From positions 25,010,560 through 25,074,559 of the forward strand of contig NC_134027.1 of NCBI RefSeq assembly GCF_964204645.1: a stretch of DNA of 64,000 nt, written 5' to 3'. Position numbers and translations under genes: made by a program. Under the pieces are notes generated by a model. That model did no database searches and had not been told where the DNA came from. It saw only the letters and a program-made list of their open reading frames with translations. Below are positions 25,812 through 64,000 of the stretch, in pieces. Position 1 is the first letter of the stretch, and every line of letters starts with the position of its first letter. This DNA comes from Tubulanus polymorphus (lineage: Eukaryota; Animalia; Nemertea).

Positions 25812-28800
25812 GTGCCGGAACTCTAATTGAATTGATTTTTCTCAGCACCTTAACTGCTTATGATATTGCATAGAATACTTGTATTTAAAAACTAGACAAA
25901 TATTGAATGTTGAATGTATCACTTCTCTCCAAAATATTAGTCAGCGTGGTAGCTCCACTGTTGGTATTCTCGAGAAGGATTATTCTAGAAAACAGAATTC
26001 TAACGGCACAGACGTACTTTGCCATAGCTCATCATCACCGAAAAGAAGAGAAATGCGATACACAAAGACGGCAATAACGAATTCCTCTGTGTCATCCTCG
26101 TCGTAATATACCGATGAATACATATGTTTATATCATATATCGTTTTGCAGAGAGGAATCATTAAAGCGTGGTTAAAATGATGATAGCGACGTCTCTTCCT
26201 CGTCTCGTCTATTCGTCGTCGACGCAAAATCATCTTTTGATGTCTACTAATCAGCCGGTAGTAGCGATATAACTCAGTTTCCGGAAAACGTGTCAGTTTC
26301 CCTTGACGAGCAGACGATATTAAATTTTCTCGTCGCATCGATTCGTCATGGCCGGCGACGCCGACCGTGAGCAGCGAGTTTACACTGATTTTCTATGATC
26401 GGTTTTTAAAGGCGTTTTAAGGACGTGATCTGCTGCGTGTGATTATAAAGCTAAGGACGCTTTGCTCACTAGGGGAGGGGTACAGGTTTTTCGTAAACCA
26501 TTAATTTCATCATGCGTGATTTCGTGATATCAAGGAAACGTTTCGCGTGAAAACGTGCATTTGAGAGGTCCTTATGAACGTGAATTTGACAAAAAATCTG
26601 CGCGATTTCGTGAATCTCTTGGCATATTTTGAATCGATTTCTCAGCGTACCAGAGATCAATCGGGATCGGGATTCAACCGTCATTCGGTCAGAATTGAAT
26701 GGTTTATTGACATGTGGCAAGTGAAACTACGCAATAGACATTCATTTGCCTGTCTTAAGTAGTTTTGAATACCATAGTTGGATTGTAAAATGATTTTTTC
26801 TTATCATAAGAACTAACACTTTTCGTAAATTTAATTGGCGAATTGTCAATTATCCAAAATATGGCCATGAGGTGGTGAATTTCTTCGTTTTATTCCGTGA
26901 AAACTTGACTTCATTGTTACCTCGGTTCCAACTCGCTGATGCAGGGTCTGTTTGAAGTTCCTCCCATCCCTCGTGGGTAATTTGCCGAAGACAGATTCGG
27001 TCACGTGTAGATCCCGGTAATTCTTCGATTTGCTAATGAAAGACTTGGCATTTTTCCAATATTATACCCACCGCTTTTTTTCCGTATTGTTTTCGTGTCT
27101 GTATTATGTCTATACGGCTTCTCTAATGGCCAGTTCTGTTCATCCGAACGTCTTCGTCGCCTGTCTATTACAAGTTAATTTGCGAAACTTGTTGAATTAG
27201 AATCCGGCTTCCTCGAGAGACAGAGAGCGCGAGAGAGATCACGTCAGTTTGACATTTACAATCAATACAAACAGCCATTAGTGGCGCACACGAAAAGAGG
27301 CAATTTGCATAAACCAGTTTGTCAACTGTATTTCGACTTCTCGTTCGACTTATCGCAAATTCTTTACAGCAACAATCACTTATCTACGGTGAAAAAAACT
27401 CTGTACAAGACATGTATGTACGCTGTTTACAAGTTTTAATTCTTAACACCACTTGTCGAATCAAAATGAACTCAGCAATTAAGTCTTTGACTATTCTCCT
27501 TATTCTGTTTTACAAACTCTTCACACCCAACAATTTATTCAGCTATAACACATGAATGCGTCCTTCGTAACACTTGTATGCTCCTTTTTTTCGCCGCAGG
27601 CCCTGCCTTCGTGTTGAGGTTGCCCTCTTCGCAAAGTCGAAGATCAAATTAAAACCTGCTAATTTGTCACTCATCCTTTCAGACATTTCGTATTTTCGAA
27701 TTTATTTCTCCAAAAATATCTAATAACGTAGGTGGGACTCCACTATAGTATGATTATCTGAATGTATTTTAAATTATCTGTAATGTTGATATTTTTTTTT
27801 TCTGTAAAGCGCTCTGAGTCATTATGAGATTTAGCGCTGTATAAAAATAGATTTTATGATTTTATTATTATCATTACAAGTAGCCGGTGAAATGGCTGCT
27901 ATATCTGATAAAAGCCTTTTCTTTTCTTTTGGACCCCTGCCTTCCAAATTTCCTAGATCCGCGATGTCCTTCGTCACACTCGTATGCGTACTTTTCTTCG
28001 CATAAAACACTTGTATACACGTGTGTTCCGTTTTCGCCCCGGCTGTTAATTGATCTGGAAGTTTGTTAATTAGATCTATCACACGCCTGTGTAATTACTG
28101 ATAGAAGCTGACGTCTGCCGCAAAATACGCAAGCAAACATTAGTTCCAGTAAAAACCTCTCGTAACGAGCGTCATCGCGCACTCTCGTTACCCGCATCAA
28201 AAACGAGAATTTTTCTTTGAATGTGACTTAATTTTCGCATGAATTACGCTACAAATTCTTTTAATTTCCGACTGAGGGAATGCAGCTTTGATTCTTCATT
28301 TCGAGCAGCTGAAGCCGCGGTAACCTTCTTTTTGGAAACACGAAATTTCCCGAGCTCTCTCTCTCTCTCTCTCTCTCTCTCTACGGGGTATCCGTATAGT
28401 TAGAAGGGAATCTGCTATATGCCCGAATTAGTATGTTTTTTTCTCCTTTTTGTGGTAGAGATCTTTGATCTTTAAATAGGGATTGTCCCTGTTGTTTATT
28501 TTGGTTTGTAAATTTCGTTAGATTTTTTGATTGAGTGTCCCTTACAGACCCACCACACCTGACGGGAGCGAAACGGGGGGTTTGATTTTGAAATTAGTAT
28601 GTTTAACATGTAAGTAGACACCTCCCTGTTCCAGTTTATAAACCGCCGTAGAATTCTTCTGCCTCGCGTATCTCTCTAAGGCGGTATCCGTTAACGTTCG
28701 GCTCTGTGACCAGTTACAGGTGGGAAAATATTGCATCGAAAGAGCGACGAAGCCCCTTGATATTATTATGTCTGACAACGCAAATGATATCTTCTATTTT

Positions 28801-30405
28801 TTCTCTATCGGGGAGTGTATGTCTATCAAGCGCTGTGATAGACATGTTACGCGTGCTCTCGTCGCAATCTTCAACAACAATTTTTCAGGGCAATTTTTCA
28901 CCCACGACTAACAGAGCAGCAGTCAGGACTAAGCTTACATTTTCTTTAATGCCACCTTAAAGTGCGGAAATTACACTACGATGCGCTGAAAGTTCACGAT
29001 TTTCCGGAATCCAATTTGGCTTCGCACGTTTGCTCTTTGTGGCGCTTGCCCTTTTCATTTCTGGTGCTCCGTCGAAGTCTGCCACCGGATCCGCGTCTGT
29101 CTATAGTTTCTAAAGCTTCTCCTTCGTTATATCGATAATTCATTTTGAAAATATTCCGCCATATCTGACATTGATGATTGGGATTTATACTGCCAGTGGG
29201 CCTCCGAGACTATACAGCTGAGCCAACAGTATAGAAATTGACTTCGCGTACTAAGATAAAGGTGCTCAAGTTGCTGGTAGATAGAATATCTTTATTTGTA
29301 GAGTATATATGTGGGGTTATGATGTGATAAGTGAGGGGTGGGGGGTTGATAACTGAGATTGAAATAAAGAGAAAGGAATGGAAATTGATAAAGGTGGGTA
29401 TATTAATTTGAGGTGCGTTACCAGAGCACGAAGTGGGGTTGACGCGGTCTAGACATAAATTCACCGTGGACCCGATCAGCTGACATTTCTTGTGGTCCAG
29501 GCGTGTCCAAAAGTGTTCCCTCATAATAAATGCATAGATTCAGCTTTGTCTTTGCGCCGCGATTTCATCCTGTTTACTCCACACGCGACGCGTCATTGGC
29601 TATAATAGGATAGGAAGGTATATTATGCATACGGGAGTCAGACGAATATAGACAGCGGAACGAATGATGATTGATCACCAAAAATAATAAATTCCAACGT
29701 CGTAAATCATCGCGAATATTCTCCTTAATAACAAGGAGATCGTTCTAATAAGAATTGTCGCTCTAAATCGCCGGTCCGAGATGGAGTTTGTCGCGTTCTC
29801 GAGGTGGGAAAACGATCGAAGAAAATGACGTTGAAATGATCGTTTTATTTGCCAGGCGACAAGTGAGCTACGAACTCGATTTGGTAAATTGCTGATTGTG
29901 ATCTTCACGCGCGACGAGGAGGGGGAAAAGAGACGCGGAAATACGTTCAAGAACTGCGCAAATACAAATCAAATTGAGTCGGTCGTTACAGGAATACTTG
30001 GAGTCTCTTAGAAAACATGGAGGAAGGCGACTACATCTTGCTCTGAACATAGGGGCGGTTTGTGTACCAGTCTACCCATTTAGGATTACTCGTACATTTT
30101 ATGGTCCGGGGGGGGGGGTGCAGTTTTCACTCATACATCCATCTTCAGGTCGAATGTCAACTAATTAAATTTTTGGTTATAGTATCCTTAATGAAAATAA
30201 GTGTTCTTTTTAATTTTACGACGACCCGAATGAAAACAGATAAATGAATTCACACATGACTGCTAATCATTGGCAGAGGCCTGCAGCCATGCAGGAGAAC
30301 CGTTCCCACGAAGCTTAAAACCATTTTTCTGTATAGCAAATAACAGAATGCGTGTATCATGTCATCAACGTGGATATCGTTGATATAGTATTTGGCCGTT
30401 CGCGA

Positions 30406-30538
30406 GGGGCCCAGCGAAGGTTTCATATAGTCGAGATTTAAGTCCAGAAATGATCTTAGATTAGTTGTTAGATTCTCTATAGAACTAAGAAGGTCTTAGA
30501 CTGGTCTTAAATCTAAACGATGGCCACGGAACCGCCCC
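30406..30538. mobile_element. Diverged family-A MITE, reverse orientation
   Basis: Contains GTCTTAGACTGGTCTTAAATCTAA...GGAACCGCCCC, the reverse complement of the family-A left arm. Confidence 0.65.
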
Positions 30539-31228
30539 ATATCACCTGGCGTATACTGGTACCCTGACCACTGCTCTTTTACAACATAACCTTCCACACC
30601 AAACCCAATCTGCCACTGAACTCAAGTGTTGTATACTTCGTATAAGTGCTAGGTTTCTCAAAGAAGGTGCCTTTCTAGTGCTAAATACCATTTTTTCATA
30701 AACATAATTTGGAACATATTAAGCTGTCGGCCTGCACTTTGCGGGAATTCTGACTAATTTCATCCGATTTTAAATTTCATTTAAGATATGTACAGAAATA
30801 ACGATCCTTTATCACTTACTTTGTTTAGAAACATCGCGTTCATTTATTTCGCTTGCAATTAATCGGCATACGTCGTCATCGATTCCTCGTAAACCGACGA
30901 ATTTAAATCAACGTCATTTGTATTCGATACTTATATCATGTCTTTTCATGTAAAATTCCTTTGAAAATAGCCAGTGATTCTGTCAAAACATCAGTCCCTA
31001 GTTGCAATCCAATTCGCGTTTAATAATCCGAGATGGGATCTGCTGTCTGACATTAGCAGGTGCTCGTTTACTGTTATCAGCCGATAGCGGAAGTAGCTTC
31101 TTTCCTCTGCCAGCGCACGCGACTTCCTCATTACAAAGTAAGCCGCCAGCCGATCCTTCTGTACGCCAAGGCTTTGGTCCTAATTGATGTCGGTCCTTTT
31201 ATGGTATTTCTGATCGCTTGATATATAC

Positions 31229-32510
31229 TGCCTCTCCGTCTCCCTCTCTGTCTCCCTCTCTGTCTCCCTCTCCCAGCCTCTCCCGGCCTCTCCGTCTCCG
31301 TCTCCGTCTCCTTCTCCGTCTCCCTCTCCATTTCCGTCTTCCTCTCCGTCTCCCTTTCCCCTTCCCTCTCTGGCTCCGTCTCCCTCTCCCTCTCCGTCTC
31401 CCTCTCCGTCTCCGTCTCCCTCTCCATTTCCGTCTTCCTCTCCGTCTCCGTCTCCCCTTCCCTCTCTGGCTCCGTCTCCCTCTCTGGCTCCATCTCGGTC
31501 TCCCTCTCCCTCTCTGTCTCCGTTTCCCCCTCTCTGTCTCCCTCTCTGTCTCCCTCTCTGTCTTCCTCTCCGTCTCCCTCTCCGTCTCCCTCTCTGTCTC
31601 CCTCTCTGTCTCCCTCTCTGTCTCCCTCTCCGTCACCCTCTCAATTTCCATCTCCGTCTCCCTCTCCCTCTCTGTCTCCCTCTCTGTCTCCGTCTCCCTC
31701 TACCTCTCCGTCTCCCTCTCTGTCTCCCTCTCCGTCTCCCTCTCCGTCTCCCTCTCAATTTCCATCTTCGTCTCCCTCTCTGTCTCCCTCTCTGTCTTCC
31801 TCTCCGTCTCCCTCTCCGTCTCCCTCTCTGTCTCCCTCTCTGTCTCCCTCTCCGTCTCCCTCTCCGTCTCCCTCTCCCTCTCCCTCTCCCTCTCCGTCTC
31901 CCTCTCTGGCTCCGTCTCCCTCTCCCTCTCCGTCTCCCTCTCCGTCTCCGTCTCCCTCTCCATTTCCGTCTTCCTCTCCGTCTCCGTCTCCCCTTCCCTC
32001 TCTGGCTCCGTCTCCCTCTCTGGCTCCATCTCGGTCTCCCTCTCCCTCTCTGTCTCCGTTTCCCCCTCTCTGTTTCCCTCTCTGTCTCCCTCTCTGTCTC
32101 CCTCTCCGTCTCCCTCTCAATTTCCATCTCCGTCTCCCTCTCCCTCTCTGTCTCCCTCTCTGTCTCCGTCTCCCCTCCGTCTCCCTCTACCTCTCCGTCT
32201 CCCTCTCAGTCTCCGTCTCCCTCTCTGGCTCCGTCTCCCTCTCTGGCTCCATCTCGGTCTCCCTCTCCCTCTCTGTCTCCGTTTCCCCCTCTCTGTCTCC
32301 CTCTCTGTCTCCCTCTCTGTCTTCCTCTCCGTCTCCCTCTCTGTCTCCCTCTCTGTCTCCCTCTCTGTCTCCCTCTCCGTCACCCTCTCAATTTCCATCT
32401 CCGTCTCCCTCTCCCTCTCTGTCTCCCTCTCTGTCTCCGTCTCCCTCTACCTCTCCGTCTCCCTCTCAGTCTCCGTCTCCCTCTCTGTCTCTGTCTCCCT
32501 CTCTCTCTAT
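31229..32510. repeat. 1.28-kb pyrimidine-rich minisatellite (CTCTGT/CTCCGT/CTCCCT hexamers) with higher-order duplications
   Basis: The + strand is almost free of A. Diagnostic variants such as CTCTCTGGCTCCATCTCGG and CTCAATTTCCATCT recur in blocks. Confidence 0.97.
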
Positions 32511-34924
32511 CTCGATCGTTTAAGATCCCTAATATCTCCATCCTTATTCCCCTGCCTACTTCACAATCGTCGATCTCGAATTGAATAAACGTTGATTGCC
32601 GATATTTCTTTCTATTCGTTTTGTCTACTGCGAATACTAAAACAACGTTAATTTACATATATAATATAACAGGATACCGGAGCCTGTCCGATCGAGGTTG
32701 TTGCCTCAATCGTGACGAGATCAAGTGAAATCTCTCTAACCGCGATAAATGATTCGATATGACAGAATCTAGCATCGCAACGCGCCCGCAAAATGTCATA
32801 TTATGGATGGCAGTTATTTTCTGTGACGTCTCGAACGCTTACTTGACATTGATTGGAGGAGATTCCGAATAGAAAAAGAAAAGCTAAGATCGTACTGCGT
32901 ATATCGGAATAGAAGATTCGATATATTTCAAAGTTCATACTCACGCGACATTTTCAAAGACTGATTCAGAGCGTATTAAAGAAAGCTTGATTAAAAGTGG
33001 TATGTCTCGTAACCAGACGAACAGTTGGGTGCGGGGATGCTTTGTTGTATCGGCAAAATTATAGAATGAACTTTAAAACGAAATGCCCAAGGGTACATTA
33101 ACTCCTTCCTCCATTCGGTCGAATCGGTGCACTTGAGCCTACTGGATTACTTTGGAAAAAATCCTTGATTCTTAACTCAGTATCCAGTAAACTCGGTGAA
33201 ATATTCGGAGTCGGAACGCAACCGAGTTCCCTGATTCTCAACTCGGTGAAATATTTACAGCAGTCCCAACTCTACTGAGTTCCCTAATTCTCAATTCGTT
33301 GAAATATCTAGAGCCGTCTCAACGCCACCGAGTTCCCCGATTGTCATCGGAAATATTTATAGTCCCAAGACTACGAGGCTAGTTGATGTATTTTGAAAAC
33401 TTTTATTTTATAATTGAAAATCGTCGATTTGGTTTTCTTATCGAGGGCAAGAACAAACGAGACTATTCGCATTCAACCACTAAATCCTGACGGGAATATC
33501 CAATAATCTCGAACACATTTCATTTCCTGAACGAGTAGGAGGAACTCATCGTCGCATATAAAAAAGGCCAATTAATCACCCGTGCCCGCTTATTCGGTCA
33601 TGGCTAGCACTCAATCAGTGCCGGATTTATTGGACTTGATATGGAAACAAGGTAAATGAAAATAAAAGCAATCAGTCTGTAGAAAAACTGGATCCCACGA
33701 TTTGATTATCTTCACACATGCGAAACTCCAAAATGAAAAAAATAGAATGGAATCAAAACAATGTAAGACTCGACTAGATTCTGTCTTTTACTCCCGGATT
33801 CGACGTACTTGATTCTTGCGTGGGCAACACAGAGGCTGTCTGGATGTTAAATGAACAATCCAACAGGTTTAGTCTTGGAAAACTCACTATCCTAACGACT
33901 TAATGCAAGATAAACAGATCTACATTCTTTCAAGGCTGTCGACGATAGTTTCGATTGGGAGACAAACGACTGTCATTCTTCTTCCATCCGTCAGGTGCTG
34001 CCTTCTACTTGACAAATATAGCTTACTCTGGCAAGTGTACAATTTTTTACTAGACTGGTTGCCGGTGTATGACCGCTAATGTAGATGGCGCATAATTCGA
34101 CAGGCAACCAGTCTGACTTTCGGCGAGAATATTGTTAATACAATTTAATTAGTTTCATCCGTATATGGAGCTAATATACTCGTTAATCGTAGATAATCTC
34201 ACTCACAATTACATAAACAAAAAAACAAACAAATTTATGCCAATTTACGACACTAAGTAAACAATCCGACCGACCTAATGTGGGCAGTCGGCGCGTGCGC
34301 AGTCATAGCATCACAACAAATCCGGAATATTTATTTCATTTCTGGTAAAATATTTACTAATTAATGGCTTTGAAATCATCGTTTCGAGGCGGTGATTAAT
34401 TAATCGTCTTAATTAACCGTTAGTGGTGACATCGTTTGAGGATTATATCATCTCTAGCCTTCACCGGGTCGTGAGATTATCGTTTAATCCGTCGTGTGTA
34501 AGAGGACACCCGACCGCAAAAAACGGAACCTGCTCCGTCCGCATTCAATGATGATTCAGAAAATTTTGTCAGAACTATTTGGGCCTCTCCCAAAATGATG
34601 TTATACAATACATATTATAGGCCTTAAATATGTAAGCAAATGTTCAATGAATTACTGATTCCTGTCCTGGACTGACAGGAGAGTAGTGAGACATGATGAT
34701 GAATTGATGATTTGAACGAGGAAAGGCTAATTAGTAAATCTTGACTGCAGTTTCAAGTCTGAATAAAAACTATAAATGATATCTTAATAGGCCTAAATAT
34801 GCAAAGTTTAGAGATTAAAAGCGTATTTTGTTGTTTTTATAGAAAATCTAAAAAGCGAGTTTCGAATGTCTTTTGATTTAAGTAAGTGGGTTTTTAAACC
34901 TATCCTCAAAGTCTTATGATTCAG

Positions 34925-35191
34925 GGGCCGGTTCCATAGTCATGGCTTAGACTTAAGACCAATCTAAGACCATCTTAGTTCTAGCTAATCTAACAGTATA
35001 AGACCAGTTTTAAGACCACTTTTTGACTTAAGTCTCAACTATGGAACCGGCCCCTGGGGCCGGTTGCATAGTCATGGCTTAGACTTAAGACCAGTCTAAG
35101 ATCAACGTAGTTCTATAGCCAATCTAACTTAAGACCAGTCTTAAAATTTTAGACCACTTTTTGACTTAAGTCACGACTGTGCAACTGGCCC
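34925..35191. mobile_element. Two family-A Harbinger-like MITEs in tandem (34925-35053, 35057-35191)
   Basis: CAG-[GGGCCGGTT...AACCGGCCC]-CTG-[GGGCCGGTT...AACTGGCCC]-CTG. Confidence 0.85.
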
Positions 35192-37723
35192 CTGGTTGTC
35201 ATCAGGATCAAACCACTGTAAGTAGGAACGTAGTGTAGTGTCATGATATTTAAATCCCTACGAGGGATGTAGGGTTTTGGAATGGTAGGCCTATGGTTTC
35301 AACCAGTGATATGTTCAGCCTTTTTCACTGTTTTTTTTATTTTGGTCATGTATCTAAAGATCTGACAATTCTCTCTTAAATTGATCAATGACGAACTTAG
35401 CCGGTGCAAACAGAACCAGGTTCCATAGAATAAGAGATGGACAATGTTGATTTGGTTTGGTTTTTTGTAGTATCTCAGTTTAGTCAGTATATGTATGGTA
35501 GGCCTAAGCCTATTGAGCATTATGCAAATTACCCATTATTCTAAAATTCTAGGAAATTTATCATCCCCCAGACCAGAGAATTGAAAAAGATCAAGATGAA
35601 AAAACTTTTGATAAAAAAAAGCTTAGTCCTACAGCTGGTTCCACAGTTGTGGACTCTCTCGTTCAATTAATTGAGAATTAAAGATTTGTTTCTAGCTCAA
35701 TGGAGTAAATTCAATATCTATTTCATATAAAAATTCATATAAAATCAGGGGAAAATATACAAAAGATTCACAATGCCTTAACTTGCTCTGAAAATAGTGT
35801 AACTGTAACGATGTCAGAAATGTACACTTGTTAGTAGGCCTATGTGATTTAAGGAATTTCATAGATCATTAAAACAAATTAGAAAAATAAGGAAATCACA
35901 AAAATACGATTAAAACCCAGTAACACAATTAAAAGATTTGAAATGAAATTATATTTAATAAACCGAATTGAGATAAAAAAAATCTTTTTGATTTTAACCT
36001 GATGATAGTCTCTAGAGAAAGTCTGAAATGGCATTTGATTTTTGATGTTGTTTCTAAATAGATCTGTTGTCCACGCCTGATTGTGGCTATTCAGCGTTTT
36101 CCACAGCAGGTTTTAGAGGGACGGCCACCACTTAAAATCTGCTGCCCCTACCGGAGCGGATGTCAATATTCTATCAATGCTAATAATTACTTAAAGATCT
36201 ATTGAGTTTATGCGAAAAATAGAAGATTACACCAAAATTAAGCTTAATTTTCTGTATTTTTTGGGGATTGAAAACCTTGCTACTACAGCAGCCACTAAAC
36301 AATGAATGCAGCCCCTTTAAAATTCCAGCATGTGGAGAACCATGCTGTTCTACGACACGGGCATTTTTAGCCTATTTGCCTTTTAAAAAATGAACAAACT
36401 AATAATAAAATCTTTGGAGCGTCCGATATTGTTGATTCGCGATATTAAACCCGGCCTCTTTTGATTCCCGATTGCCCCGACTGTCTTCTTCGTTCGACGA
36501 TTAATTGCTATTGATTCTTCGGCTCGTAGCGTTTTAAAACCGGTCTCGTATTCGCTTCGTTCGCAAAACCTCGATAAATCAATTCTCGTTTTTCGAGACT
36601 AAGTCCGATAGAAAAAACCGTCGTCACAATCTCTTCTCCGTGGAAATAAGCGTCGCGGTATTTCGATGAAATTCCGTGTTTGTAGGCTCCGTAAACAAAT
36701 TCTGTGAATGTTCGTTGTTTTTTTTTTCGGGGACAAATTAACTTCATTCGGTACAGTTCAGTTTCTCGGTTATTCGGCTGTGCTTTGTGCCGGTTAAGTT
36801 TCATCTGTGTTGACATATAAACTGATGAAGGCCTGTATCTTTAATCTCGAGATCTAGATTGATTGTTTCCTGCAAGCTGAAATGTTCGTACCTAGTTGTT
36901 GTGAGTGAGAATGTGGAAATGAACTGAATCTGAACGCTCAACTGAACCGTCGGCGGTTTTTTCGCAGATGGATATATTTGATTTATATAGAAGCTGTCTT
37001 CGGTTTTTGGATATATTCTCGTAAATTGATTTCTCGGGATAAGGCTGTGAAGTTTTATCTAAATCGAAAAGATCGAAAACAAAGTTAATTCGTGATAAGT
37101 TTAGAATGAAATTTAAAATTTTACGACGTTTCGAACTGTCTAGAGAAAGTCTGAGATGTTTTATCTTTTCATTTTTTGATTTTGATTATTGGGAAAGTGA
37201 ATTTATTTTTTTTTCATCTCTTTAATTTGTAAATCGAGGGTTTTAATCCTACTATTAATAACAATTGAAAACAAAATTTATTTATCAAAAGTTGAAATCA
37301 AAAATTAAAATATGCAACATTTCGTTCAGTTTCGTATAGTTTCATAAGATCTTGAAAAATCTTAAATCTAATTTTGATCTCTTGAGTTCATTTATCATGG
37401 GTTTTAAGTCAACAAGATACACAAATATCCGTGTAAGATGAGTAAATGAGAGAAATGCCACAATAATTCAGCTAAAGATGAAAAGTTCTTGGGTAAAGAT
37501 TTAGTAGTATTTTAAAGTATTTAAGAGTTCACTCAAGAAATTTTCATGTTTGGCTGAATTTATTAATTCTTTTATCGATGCATTTAATGAAATCTGTCTT
37601 CATTTATTTTCAGATCTCGCGATTGAAGAACGGTTAGAACTCGAGAACGCTGAGGATTAATAATTCGCGATGATAATTTGGTCGCGTGTTTTCGGTTAGC
37701 GGGCCGCGCGTGCGGGTCATGAG

Positions 37724-63994
<26,271 letters not shown>

Positions 63995-64000
63995 GTAAGT

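Noticed and set aside
28390-29530. Possible transposase or retroelement coding remnant
   Set aside because: The short ORFs show no motif I recognise. Only a ~55-bp match to 9532-9587 suggests a dispersed repeat.
31131-32588. 456-aa Ser/Leu-rich and Glu/Arg/Thr-rich ORFs
   Set aside because: Translations of a low-complexity hexamer repeat that is open in many frames on both strands.
34260-37020. MAGI promoter and non-coding first exon(s)
   Set aside because: The acceptor at 37613 implies an upstream exon, and CG-rich patches with possible donors exist (~34631, ~37021), but the boundaries cannot be fixed from sequence alone.
35998-37160. Hammerhead-ribozyme-like words (CTGATGA...GAAA at ~36000; GACGTTTCG at ~37125)
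   Set aside because: I could not build stems I-III around the core. At most these are decayed retroelement relics; an Infernal search would settle it.

Overview
AT-rich metazoan genomic DNA, probably from a lophotrochozoan-type invertebrate, with spliceosomal introns; it is not prokaryotic. There are three main blocks. (1) About 3-18.5 kb: a minus-strand tandem array of rhodopsin-class GPCRs (FMRFamide-receptor-like/putative chemoreceptor type), each with a single coding exon. It holds three intact copies, three single-frameshift copies and three fragments, interleaved with a dead partial duplicate of the neighbouring gene. (2) 19.2-25.4 kb, minus strand: an 8-coding-exon gene reconstructed by hand (506 aa) with a signal peptide, four L1/neuroglian-type FN3 domains, no Ig domains and a GPI-signal-like tail. 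(3) 37.7 kb to the window end, plus strand: the 5' part of a MAGI scaffold gene (PDZ0, GK, WW1, start of WW2). It has two candidate internal first exons, one encoding tandem N-myristoylation motifs. The rest is MITEs (several Harbinger-like, some nested, tandem or internally amplified), a solo-LTR-like insert, micro/minisatellites and CTCF-like motifs. All family assignments come from motif recognition by eye; no database search was run.
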